The position numbers and the translations under genes are program-made. A model generated the notes under the pieces. That model ran no database searches. It saw nothing but the letters and a program-made list of their open reading frames with translations, and was not told the DNA's origin. 64,000 nucleotides of DNA, taken from the IMG/VR virus record IMGVR_UViG_3300044949_001773, positions 32,001-96,000 of that record, one strand, 5' to 3'. Positions 36,873 to 45,692 of the stretch are shown here, in pieces; within the stretch, counting starts at the first letter, position 1, and the number at the start of each line of letters is the position of its first letter. Origin of the DNA: a virus.

Positions 36873-38215
36873 TGGCAAATAATTCAGCAACTAGAACTGG
36901 CAGTATTAATCAGTTTCAACTTTTCCAGGCAAAAGATAATGGAGAATCAGTAGATCTTTCTGCCGCAGCTCCTGATATAAGATATTATGAAAGCGTCTTA
37001 TCAAATTCAGTTACTTTGACGGCAACAGTCATTGAGACTGGATTTAGAGATAAAAAATTTAATAACGAGGTAAATTCATCTGGTATTATAGATTCTTTAC
37101 CTATTAGGGGAGGAGAACAAGGTTTTATTGAATTGGAGGATAATCAACCAGAAAAAAATAAATTAAAATTTAAAAATGACAATGCGTTTTATGTAAATAG
37201 AGTTCGTAATATCAATCCAGGCACTCAAAAAGATTTATTTTTCTTAGATTTTTCAACTAGAGAATTTATTTCAAATGAGCAAAGTAGAGTTTTGAAAAGG
37301 TTTGATGGATCAATATCCGATAATGTAAGAAGGATACTTTCTGACTCAAATGGATTGAAAACTAAAAAAAATATTGAGGTAGATGAGACTCAAAATAATT
37401 ATAACTTTATAGGAAATACAAGAAAACCGTTTTATGTTTGCACTTGGTTAGCATCAAAGTCGGCTCCAAAAATTGGTGGAAAAGTAGGAGGAACTGCTGG
37501 TTATCTTTTCTATGAAACTTATGATGGATTTAAATTCAAATCTATTGATAAACTATTTGAACAAAAACCAGTAAGAAAATATCTATACACAAATACCGCA
37601 GATATTCTTCCTGGATATGATGATAAGGTATTGTCATATAATATAGAAAGAGATATTGATCTTCAACAAAATTTAACTCTAGGAACATACTCAAATACAA
37701 GTATATTTTTTGATTTTTATAGATTTCAGTATCAAGAAAGAAAATTTAATGTTGATGATAATCAGAAAGACGTAATAAAAAATGCCGGTTCTAATGACAT
37801 CCGTTATGTTGCCGATCAATTTAGAACTCCGGTTTCAAGGTTAATGAATCATGTATTAGATATCGGAACTTTGCCAGATGGAACCAATGTTGAGGAACAA
37901 TTGAAAAATTGGAAAAATAGTCCAGAAACATCAACTTATGACGCAACAAATATTATGGTTCAGAGTATTATGAGATATAATCAGATGTTTACCATAAAAG
38001 TAAATATTGTTGTGCCTGGAGATTTTAGTTTAAGAGCCGGTGATCTCATACATTGTGATTTTCCAGAATTGTCAACAGATAAGAACTCGGGCATGAATAA
38101 GCAAAGTAGTGGCATATATATGATAGCTAGTCTATGTCATAGAATAACAACATCAGACACTTTTACGAGTTTGACTCTTGTGAGAGACACATTTGGAAGA
38201 AAACCAATTAAATGA
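36872..38215 (+). CDS. Baseplate hub or tail protein (gp27-like position)
   Basis: YYESV, LPIRGGE, GYLFYET.DGFKFKSID, VPGDFSL.AGD and SGIYMI. Confidence 0.65.
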   Translation: MANNSATRTGSINQFQLFQAKDNGESVDLSAAAPDIRYYESVLSNSVTLTATVIETGFRDKKFNNEVNSSGIIDSLPIRGGEQGFIELEDNQPEKNKLKFKNDNAFYVNRVRNINPGTQKDLFFLDFSTREFISNEQSRVLKRFDGSISDNVRRILSDSNGLKTKKNIEVDETQNNYNFIGNTRKPFYVCTWLASKSAPKIGGKVGGTAGYLFYETYDGFKFKSIDKLFEQKPVRKYLYTNTADILPGYDDKVLSYNIERDIDLQQNLTLGTYSNTSIFFDFYRFQYQERKFNVDDNQKDVIKNAGSNDIRYVADQFRTPVSRLMNHVLDIGTLPDGTNVEEQLKNWKNSPETSTYDATNIMVQSIMRYNQMFTIKVNIVVPGDFSLRAGDLIHCDFPELSTDKNSGMNKQSSGIYMIASLCHRITTSDTFTSLTLVRDTFGRKPIK

Positions 38216-38436
38216 ATATGGAAAAGAAAACTTTACAGCAACATATGGAAGAAGATAGAGAGAAACTATCTGACCCAAATATCAATCCTCAAAGCAGAAG
38301 ACATTATGAGGATGAATTGACTCAATTAGAGGCATATCAAGAGAAGCATCCAAAAGAAACTAAAGATCCAACATCATTGGAACTTTATTGTGATTCAAAT
38401 CCAGATGCACCAGAATGTAAAGTATATGAAGTATAA
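38212..38436 (+). CDS. cp12: CP12-like Calvin cycle inhibitor
   Basis: C-terminal DPTSLELYCDSNPDAPECKVYE. Confidence 0.85.
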   Translation: MNMEKKTLQQHMEEDREKLSDPNINPQSRRHYEDELTQLEAYQEKHPKETKDPTSLELYCDSNPDAPECKVYEV

Positions 38437-40694
38437 TGATTGAACAGGGTTTTTTAAAGAAACATTTTGTAGGTCGTGATGGGTTTATTTGGTGGATAGG
38501 TCAGGTTGTAAAAGAATCCGAATGGGTTGTTAATCATCCAGGAAATAGAACTCCGACTACAAATGATCATAAGGGATTTGATTATCGTTATAAAGTTCGC
38601 ATCATGGGATACCACCCAGAGGAGGTTACTGATGCGGATCTTCCTTGGGCTTCAATTATGCTTCCTGTCACTGCTGGTTCTGGAGCAAGGGGTTCTTCAT
38701 GCTCTCCAGCATTAAGTCAGGGCGATTTTGTTTATGGATTTTTTCTTGATGGAGAAGATGCCCAGACTCCTATTATTATGGGAATTATTGGCAATAATCA
38801 ATATGTTTCTATATTAAAGTCACCATCCCAATCAATCTTTCTACCATTTTCTGGATTTACAAACAGAGATACTGTTCCTAGATATGCTCTTCCTCTAGAA
38901 AATGAAGATGGAAAAGCAAAGCAACAGACTAATCCGGAATCATCAAAATCTACAACAAACAAAACGGCAATTGAATCTAATGTCGGTCTTGAAGGTAGAA
39001 CTGATGGCGCATCCAAACAGCAAATGGATGAAGGAAAAAGAAAAATACCATTACAAAGAACTTCTGATTGCGAACCGGTTCCTTTAAGCAAAATACAAAC
39101 TTCTATAAAAAACTTGATTGCCGATATTCAAAAAATAAGAAAATCTGCGTCTGATTGGAAAACAAAAGTATCTACTAAAATTGACAATATTGAAACGCAA
39201 ATTAAAAAGAAAATTGATGATGCTGCTGGATATATTACTGGGGGTATTAAATGGCTGATTTCAGAGGTTAAAAAATATATAACAAAAAAAGTAAATGATA
39301 CTTTAAAAGATACTTACTATGCGATTTTTCCAAATCAGCGTCCGAAGTTAAAGGAAGCCGTTGAAAAATGCAATAATCTTATTGCTTGCTTGTTTAGAAA
39401 GATAATTAGCAACCTACTAAAAATGGTAGGTAAATTTTTATTGGAAGCAGCAGATAAATTTATCACCACTCCTCTTTGTGCTGTTGAGAATTTTGTTGGA
39501 GCATTGGTTGGAAAATTAACAAATCTTATAACATCGGCATTAGACGCAATCTTAGCCCCAATCAAAGCAATACTTGGAGTATTTGATTTAGCAGATGGAA
39601 TCTTAAGTTTTGTAATTGATCTATTGAGTTTCTTATCTTGCGACGAAAAGCCAAACTGCGCAGAAATTAAAGAGTGGAGTATTTGGGATGGTCCATCAAA
39701 TCTCCCTTCTATAGACTTAAGCTCTTTAGTTGGAAAAGTTAAATCGTTTGCTAATTCAGTTAAACAAAGCATCAATCCAGATAATTTTGATTTTGATTTA
39801 GATTTTAGTGATGTTTTTCAAGATACATGTAACGTTGGAGCATTGTTCTGCGGACCTCCAAACGTTGAATTTTTTGGAGGTGGTGGATCTGGAGCTGCTG
39901 GAAATGCAATTATCGGAGCTGCTGGAAATATTTTAGGAGTGGATATTATTACTCCAGGTTCTGGATACACTGAAAGTCCATTTGTAAATTTTGTAGACCC
40001 ATGCGGAAAGGGAAGGGGTGCTGTAGGAAGAGTTAGAATTAATTCTAGAGGTGAAGTTGATGATGTTGTTATGGAAGAATCTGGATATGGATACTTAACA
40101 GGTCCTGATGGAAGTCGTGGAGGAGATGGAAGAGTTTTTGCTGAACCTGGAGATACCATTGTAAAAAGATCCGATGGAAAATATGACTTACCATATTCCG
40201 CAGGAGACCTTATAAATTTACTTCCCGGAGATGAAGTACAATCTTGTTCAAAAGCACCGTATACTGTATCAGAAGCTGGAACTATTGTAGCTCCTTATTG
40301 TTCTGATACTATTCCAGTAGTTCCAGATACGAATCTCCCATTGAATGATGAAGGAAAATATCCAGTTGTACTTGAAATAAAAGACATATATATTTCTGAT
40401 CCTGGATTTAATTATGATGAAAAAGACAATGTTGTTGTTTCTGAAGGGGATGTTGATTTGACAATAAATGTTGATGATGTTGGATCTGTAACAAAGGTAA
40501 ATGTAAATAAATCAGGAGTTGGATTTAGAAATATTCCAACAATCTTCATTGAGTCTGATACTGGATATAATGCCAAGTTAATACCAGTATTTAATGTTAA
40601 AAGAATCGGCCCTCCAACAGAAGAGGAAATTCAAAGCTCTATATTCTTAGATCATATTACAGTAATAGATTGTGTAGGAAAGTTTAATGTCTAA
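38436..40694 (+). CDS. gp5: Baseplate hub/spike gp5-like protein (OB-fold N-terminus)
   Basis: GRDGFIWWIGQV, RYKVRIMGYH, LPWA and VYGFFLDG..AQ.P.IMG. Confidence 0.8.
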   Translation: MIEQGFLKKHFVGRDGFIWWIGQVVKESEWVVNHPGNRTPTTNDHKGFDYRYKVRIMGYHPEEVTDADLPWASIMLPVTAGSGARGSSCSPALSQGDFVYGFFLDGEDAQTPIIMGIIGNNQYVSILKSPSQSIFLPFSGFTNRDTVPRYALPLENEDGKAKQQTNPESSKSTTNKTAIESNVGLEGRTDGASKQQMDEGKRKIPLQRTSDCEPVPLSKIQTSIKNLIADIQKIRKSASDWKTKVSTKIDNIETQIKKKIDDAAGYITGGIKWLISEVKKYITKKVNDTLKDTYYAIFPNQRPKLKEAVEKCNNLIACLFRKIISNLLKMVGKFLLEAADKFITTPLCAVENFVGALVGKLTNLITSALDAILAPIKAILGVFDLADGILSFVIDLLSFLSCDEKPNCAEIKEWSIWDGPSNLPSIDLSSLVGKVKSFANSVKQSINPDNFDFDLDFSDVFQDTCNVGALFCGPPNVEFFGGGGSGAAGNAIIGAAGNILGVDIITPGSGYTESPFVNFVDPCGKGRGAVGRVRINSRGEVDDVVMEESGYGYLTGPDGSRGGDGRVFAEPGDTIVKRSDGKYDLPYSAGDLINLLPGDEVQSCSKAPYTVSEAGTIVAPYCSDTIPVVPDTNLPLNDEGKYPVVLEIKDIYISDPGFNYDEKDNVVVSEGDVDLTINVDDVGSVTKVNVNKSGVGFRNIPTIFIESDTGYNAKLIPVFNVKRIGPPTEEEIQSSIFLDHITVIDCVGKFNV

Positions 40695-41274
40695 TAAAAT
40701 AAATTACCACTCATATAGACTTGGTAATGATCATGGAGAAATTCGCTTCGGTCATATTCATGACGATGATGTCCTTGCCGGTTTTATGGTCAGGACAGGT
40801 GAAGATGGTGGGAGACATTATATCCAAATGGAGAGTAGTGGAAGTTCTGAGAAGGGAAGAAAAGGCGGAACTATTTTTTCATCTCCAGGATCTCATGAAA
40901 TAGTTTGCGGAAAAGATGTAAACAAAGGGATCCCAGCATTCATCACTGTTGCCGAGAATGGAGATATAGTACTTAATGCCGAAAAAGGCAGAATTAGAAT
41001 AATTGCGGAAAATATTGATCTTATTGCTACTGGAAATGATGGCAAGAATGGGGTCATTACTCTTGACGGAAATGAAAAAGTAATTGTTAAAGCTCCAATT
41101 ATTGACGTAAGGTCAACGACTTCTACAAAAATTTTTTCAGAACAAACTGTAGATGTTATTGGTAAAGCCATATTAAATATATACGGCGGACTCATTGATG
41201 CTGCTGATGGAGCAACTAAAGTAAATGGTTCTAAAGGTGGAAAATATTCAAATGAACAGAGGTTTAAAAAATGA
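40687..41274 (+). CDS. gp5 C-terminal-like beta-helical spike protein
   Basis: Follows gp5; AENGDIVLNA..GRIRI.AENIDL beta repeats. Confidence 0.55.
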   Translation: MSNKINYHSYRLGNDHGEIRFGHIHDDDVLAGFMVRTGEDGGRHYIQMESSGSSEKGRKGGTIFSSPGSHEIVCGKDVNKGIPAFITVAENGDIVLNAEKGRIRIIAENIDLIATGNDGKNGVITLDGNEKVIVKAPIIDVRSTTSTKIFSEQTVDVIGKAILNIYGGLIDAADGATKVNGSKGGKYSNEQRFKK

Positions 41275-41531
41275 AATTACCAAAATCCAATTCTTATGAC
41301 TTATTTTTGAGAGGTAAATTAATTGCTTCTAATGAGATTGATCTTCCACAAGAATGGGAGTCTGTTATTGATGTCAAGTCAATTACAGTTTGTATCACTC
41401 CTATTGGAGCCACTCAAAATATTATAATTAAACGAGTAGACACTAAGAAAGTATATTTACAAAGCAGCGGAATCCCTATAGAATGTTATTATCATATTTA
41501 CGCAGATAAAAAGAAAAATGAAAGTACCTGA
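41271..41531 (+). CDS. Short paralog of the two downstream proteins
   Basis: RGKL...IDLPQEW..VID..SITV..TPIG..Q...CYYHI. Confidence 0.6.
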   Translation: MKLPKSNSYDLFLRGKLIASNEIDLPQEWESVIDVKSITVCITPIGATQNIIIKRVDTKKVYLQSSGIPIECYYHIYADKKKNEST

Positions 41532-42288
41532 TTTATTTGTTGGAAAAAGATTATTTGTTGGAGAAGGTAATCCAATTGCTTTAGGACTTGGCCCAAAAGA
41601 AGCAAGAGGATCTGCTTACCTTGAAGGTCCAGTTATTATGGGAGATCCTGGTAGCTTTCCAATCGTAAATGCTACAGTGATGATTGGACCGAATATTAAC
41701 AGCGAATCTAGTGTTCCAGTCGTTCTTGGTGGATTATGCACTCCATTACACAATCCGTATTCTCTTTGTGTTACTGGAGACGCAGCAATATTTGACAATT
41801 TAGATGTCCAATTAAACATTGCTGCTGGTAATAATATTATTGCTCAGGGAGAAGTAATGTCCCGTTGTGGTGGACATATTCTTTCTGCTAAAAAGAACTT
41901 TGACATTCCGCACCCAACAAAAGATGGATGGAGATTGCGGCATACTTGTCCAGAAGGACCATCTAATGATGTTTATGTAAGAGGTAAAATTAAGGGATCC
42001 GATACAATAGAACTTCCGGATTATTGGATTGGATTTGTGGATCCAGAAAGTATTACAGTATCTTTAACTGCAATTGGCTCTTATCAGAATGTGATTGTAG
42101 AAAAAATAGAAAATAATAAAGTATATTTAAAATCAGAGACATCAATCAATTGTCATTATCATATTTTTGCCGAAAGGATTGATGGTGAAAAATTAATTAC
42201 CGAATATGAGGGAAATACTCCAGCCGATTATCCGGGTAATAATCAAGAATATTCTGTATCAGGATTCCACTACGATATTAAGGAGTGA
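41518..42288 (+). CDS. Tail or baseplate-associated protein
   Basis: KNFDIPHP..GWRLRH.CPEGP...EYEG.TP.DYPG. Confidence 0.65.
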   Translation: MKVPDLFVGKRLFVGEGNPIALGLGPKEARGSAYLEGPVIMGDPGSFPIVNATVMIGPNINSESSVPVVLGGLCTPLHNPYSLCVTGDAAIFDNLDVQLNIAAGNNIIAQGEVMSRCGGHILSAKKNFDIPHPTKDGWRLRHTCPEGPSNDVYVRGKIKGSDTIELPDYWIGFVDPESITVSLTAIGSYQNVIVEKIENNKVYLKSETSINCHYHIFAERIDGEKLITEYEGNTPADYPGNNQEYSVSGFHYDIKE

Positions 42289-42292
42289 TTAA

Positions 42293-42919
42293 ATGTCTAA
42301 CAAATTTAAGCCAAAATCCACTAAAAATAATAATTGTGACGATCCAATAACAGGCATTGCCCATCCAAGTTTTGATTATATTCATAGAACCACTACAGGA
42401 GATGATGACTATCCGATAGAAGCGTGTCCAAGATACCTTCAAGTTAATGCTAAATTTGATAATTTAAATGTATCAGGAACTGTACAAGCAACTACTTTTC
42501 AGGGAACAATTAATGTCCAATCTTGGAAAGGATTTGATATTAAACATCCAAACAAAAAAAATTATCGCTTAAGGCATATTTGCTTAGAGGGACCAGAAGC
42601 AGGAGTTTATTATAGGGGAAGACTTACTAATTCAAATATCATCAATATCCCCGAATATTGGTATGGTCTTATTGATCCAGAAACTATAACCGTAACGCTA
42701 ACACAAATTGGATATTCTCAAGATTTAATTATTGATAAAATTGAATGGGGACGTATTATTCGTATTAGATCAGGAAATGGTGCCAATATAGATTGTTATT
42801 ATACTATTCATGCAGCTCGTGTTGATGGAGATCCTCTTATTATAGAATATGAGGGAGAAACGCCTAATGATTATCCAGGAAATTCTTCTCAATTTTCTAT
42901 TTCTGGACACGACTATTGA
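42293..42919 (+). CDS. Tail or baseplate-associated protein, paralog of the preceding gene
   Basis: KGFDIKHP..YRLRHICLEGPE...EYEG.TP.DYPG. Confidence 0.65.
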   Translation: MSNKFKPKSTKNNNCDDPITGIAHPSFDYIHRTTTGDDDYPIEACPRYLQVNAKFDNLNVSGTVQATTFQGTINVQSWKGFDIKHPNKKNYRLRHICLEGPEAGVYYRGRLTNSNIINIPEYWYGLIDPETITVTLTQIGYSQDLIIDKIEWGRIIRIRSGNGANIDCYYTIHAARVDGDPLIIEYEGETPNDYPGNSSQFSISGHDY

Positions 42920-42948
42920 TATTATAAATATCTAAAAAATGACTTAAA

Positions 42949-43506
42949 ATGGCATTTGTAGGATTAAATACGGGATCTAGTCCAAACTCGGGAGATGGAG
43001 ATAGTTTACTTCAAGGTGCTATTAAAATTAACTCTGCCTTTAATGAGCTTTATACCGCACTTGGAGACGGTTCAAATTTACAGATTACAAGTGATAAAGT
43101 ATCTGAAGGAAATAATAATTTATATTTCACAAATGAAAGGGCGCAAGATACCATTGGGGAAGCAATCAATAATGGAACAAAAACTGGCATATCAGTAACT
43201 TATGATGATGCTACCAATAAAATAAATTTCTCCAATTATACTATTACAACCACATCAACTGGAAAAACTTTATCAAATCTTGAGTATTGTACAACAACTG
43301 CTAATAATATTTCACTGGTTCTTCCCGCAAGTCCTTCTGTTGGAAATAGAGTAATGGTTGGAGTTGGTGGAAATTTTGCTAATATAAAGATTGAAAGAAA
43401 TGGAAGTAATATTATGGGAATTGCTGAGGATATGACTATTGATTTTCCTTATATTACTCTAGATTTAATATATATTAATAGCGCACTAGGATGGAGAATA
43501 AGCTAA
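42949..43506 (+). CDS. Tail-fibre-associated protein with a gp9/gp10-like N-terminus
   Basis: NTGSSPNSGDGDSL..GAIKINSAFNELY; LPASPSVG...GWR. TATAAATA at 42923. Confidence 0.7.
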   Translation: MAFVGLNTGSSPNSGDGDSLLQGAIKINSAFNELYTALGDGSNLQITSDKVSEGNNNLYFTNERAQDTIGEAINNGTKTGISVTYDDATNKINFSNYTITTTSTGKTLSNLEYCTTTANNISLVLPASPSVGNRVMVGVGGNFANIKIERNGSNIMGIAEDMTIDFPYITLDLIYINSALGWRIS

Positions 43507-43507
43507 T

Positions 43508-44434
43508 ATGAGTACCTTAAGTCAATTTTTTGGTAATAGGGGTAGTAGTGAAATTGTACCTATTGAAGTGTGTCTTATTGGAGGCGGAGGAGGTGGCGGT
43601 TGCGATACCACTAATTCTCCCGGAGGAGGTGCTGGCCAAGTTAGATATCTTTTATTAAATGTAAATAAAGGTATCCAATACGATATTATCATAGGCGCAG
43701 GTGGAAGAGGTGGTAGTGTAAATCATGAACCAAATACGCCATTAAATGGTGAGCCAACTTATTTCGGATCTTACTTTGCCGATGGAGGAAATGGATACGG
43801 TCAACCTACAACATTTGGATCAACCGCAGGAGCTTTGCCTGGTGTAACTCCACCCTCTGTAGTTTTTAATTCAAGCCAATCTGCAGATGGATTTTCTTTA
43901 CAGAGAAGTGGAAATGTTGGGTTTTTTGGAACTGAATACGAAGTATCTACTTCTGATCCGGATGGACCAATTGGTGGCGGTGGAGGTGGAGCAGGCGGCC
44001 CATCCCCAATCAAAAAGCTATTGGATTTTAATGAATTTCAGGGAACATCTGGCGATGGTCATCTTGGAATTAATTTATCATTTATAGGATATCCAACACT
44101 TAGGGTTGCTGGTGGAGGCGGTGGAGCAGGATCTTCTACTAATAATAGTTCTAGGGGGTCCGGTGTTGATGGAGGTGGCAGTGGCGGTAGTCGAAATAAT
44201 CCTGCCGGAAACGGAACAGCAAACACTGGCGGTGGAGGCGGTGGAGGTAATAGAAGTACTACTTATCCTGTGCCAAGTCTTCTTGGAGGTGGCAAAGGCG
44301 GATCGGGACTTGTTATTATAAGATATCCGGACGATTATCCAGCTGCAACTGTAAATAATAACGCGACTACGCCAGCGCAGTCTGGGTTTAGAGTTTATCG
44401 ATGGAATGCTTCTGGGTCAATAATTTTTAATTAA
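43508..44434 (+). CDS. Glycine-rich tail-fibre-associated protein
   Basis: MSTLSQFFG, GGGGGGG and NTGGGGGG...GGSGLVIIRY. Confidence 0.7.
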   Translation: MSTLSQFFGNRGSSEIVPIEVCLIGGGGGGGCDTTNSPGGGAGQVRYLLLNVNKGIQYDIIIGAGGRGGSVNHEPNTPLNGEPTYFGSYFADGGNGYGQPTTFGSTAGALPGVTPPSVVFNSSQSADGFSLQRSGNVGFFGTEYEVSTSDPDGPIGGGGGGAGGPSPIKKLLDFNEFQGTSGDGHLGINLSFIGYPTLRVAGGGGGAGSSTNNSSRGSGVDGGGSGGSRNNPAGNGTANTGGGGGGGNRSTTYPVPSLLGGGKGGSGLVIIRYPDDYPAATVNNNATTPAQSGFRVYRWNASGSIIFN

Positions 44435-44439
44435 AGGCA

Positions 44440-44468
44440 TTGACATCCTTCCAAGAGTGTCCTATACT
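44440..44468 (+). promoter_or_regulatory. sigma70 promoter
   Basis: TTGACA-17bp-TATACT. Confidence 0.7.
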
Positions 44469-44493
44469 ACGTTCGTAAACACGAAATCATTCA

Positions 44494-44676
44494 ATGCGAG
44501 ACGAGTACCTGACACGCTGTGTTGTAGATCCCATTAAGCGCACTGTATATCTTTATTCTAATGAAGGATCTACAAAAGAAGTGGTCTGTGAAACGGTGGA
44601 TGAATTTATGAATGTATTAGAGTTTGTTCGTTCTACAGTAGATGAAGAAACTCTTTCATATGCATCTCCACTATAA
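44494..44676 (+). CDS. Hypothetical protein
   Basis: Behind the promoter at 44440; VVDP..RTVYLYSNEG...C.TVDEFMNVL. Confidence 0.7.
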   Translation: MRDEYLTRCVVDPIKRTVYLYSNEGSTKEVVCETVDEFMNVLEFVRSTVDEETLSYASPL

Positions 44677-44715
44677 TATCTTAGCATAAATATTGAATGT
44701 ACGAGGAACTTCCAT

Positions 44716-44985
44716 ATGAAGTACAGAATAGATACTACATATGCTTGGTACAATAATAAGTCTATTATAGTCTTTATGTATTTTATCAATGGTGTTCCTT
44801 TTACATTTGATGACATTCCTGACAGTTACATGTATGATTGCGAAGTATTAGAAATCGCAGACAATAATAGAACTTTTGAGCCTGAAGATTTGTACAAAGC
44901 ATCATTTTATTTAATTGATGAAGAATGTCATCCTATGTTATTTGAAGTTGAACTTGAAAATCCAGAAATGTTACCGGTAGATTAA
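44716..44985 (+). CDS. Hypothetical protein
   Basis: MYFINGVPFTFD...YLIDEECHP. Confidence 0.7.
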   Translation: MKYRIDTTYAWYNNKSIIVFMYFINGVPFTFDDIPDSYMYDCEVLEIADNNRTFEPEDLYKASFYLIDEECHPMLFEVELENPEMLPVD

Positions 44986-44993
44986 GAGGTATT

Positions 44994-45164
44994 ATGTCAT
45001 TAATATCACAGCAAGATCGCAAAAATGTTGTTGAAGCTTTGGACTTTTATCTCTTCAGCAAAGGACCAGATTTTGCGGAAGAGAAAAGAGCGGAGTTTAA
45101 TGCTCTTCTCAATTGGATTAAACTAGAACATTTCAAACATGAAGATTCAAATCTGGTACTGTAA
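44994..45164 (+). CDS. Small hypothetical protein (56 aa)
   Basis: GAGGT SD; MSLISQQDR...LLNWIKLE. Confidence 0.6.
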   Translation: MSLISQQDRKNVVEALDFYLFSKGPDFAEEKRAEFNALLNWIKLEHFKHEDSNLVL

Positions 45165-45309
45165 GGAAATGACTCTGTGGAGATGGGTAGTTACGGATTC
45201 TTCCAGACCAATATGTAAACAAGAATCTGGTCAGAACCAAGATTTTCATAAAGCTTTAACAGAAGTTGAATCTATTATAAATTATTTTATAGATATAAAG
45301 AATAAATAA
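45139..45309 (+). CDS. Small hypothetical protein (56 aa)
   Basis: MKIQIWYCKEM..WRW....QESGQ. Confidence 0.6.
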   Translation: MKIQIWYCKEMTLWRWVVTDSSRPICKQESGQNQDFHKALTEVESIINYFIDIKNK

Positions 45310-45555
45310 ATGCTTACTTATAGAGAATTTTACGAGATTTGCGAGGGAAAAAAATCAACAGATCCCCCTCACGCAGTTCCGGGATCTGTTAAAGATTTGG
45401 GAGATGGTGCTAGAACTTATACTCTTCAATCTTATACCGGCCCTTCAGGACCACCATCTAAAAAAGAAATAGAAAAAACAGTAATTAGTAAAAGCGGTGG
45501 TAAAGAAGTGAAGAAATATGTTAAAGCAAGAGATAAGAAGAAGAAAAATCCTTGA
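45310..45555 (+). CDS. Hypothetical protein with a capsid-targeting-like N-terminus
   Basis: Begins MLTYREFYEICE. Confidence 0.55.
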   Translation: MLTYREFYEICEGKKSTDPPHAVPGSVKDLGDGARTYTLQSYTGPSGPPSKKEIEKTVISKSGGKEVKKYVKARDKKKKNP

Positions 45556-45580
45556 CACATATTTAAATTTGACTTATAAT
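45552..45580 (+). promoter_or_regulatory. Perfect sigma70 consensus promoter
   Basis: TTGACA-17bp-TATAAT. Confidence 0.85.
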
Positions 45581-45585
45581 TATAG

Positions 45586-45650
45586 TGCGATACGTAAGTA
45601 TCAGTGACCCAAAATGTGTGACTTCAAAACCTCCTTCTGGAGGTTTTGTT
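45586..45650 (+). ncRNA. Candidate ~65-nt small RNA
   Basis: Lies between the promoter and terminator CAAAACCTCC-TTCT-GGAGGTTTTG. Has a GATAC-GTAA-GTATC hairpin and no ORF with an SD. Confidence 0.55.
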
Positions 45651-45692
45651 GTATGATAAATAAATTATAAGAAACCGTATAAGTGCAATAAA

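Noticed and set aside
43580-44310. GGN-rich tracts, also at 53770-54410, as DNA repeats or G-quadruplex elements
   Set aside because: They are explained by poly-glycine coding in glycine-rich tail domains.
45586-45650. tRNA gene
   Set aside because: No acceptor stem, T-loop or cloverleaf. No tRNA was recognised anywhere in the window.
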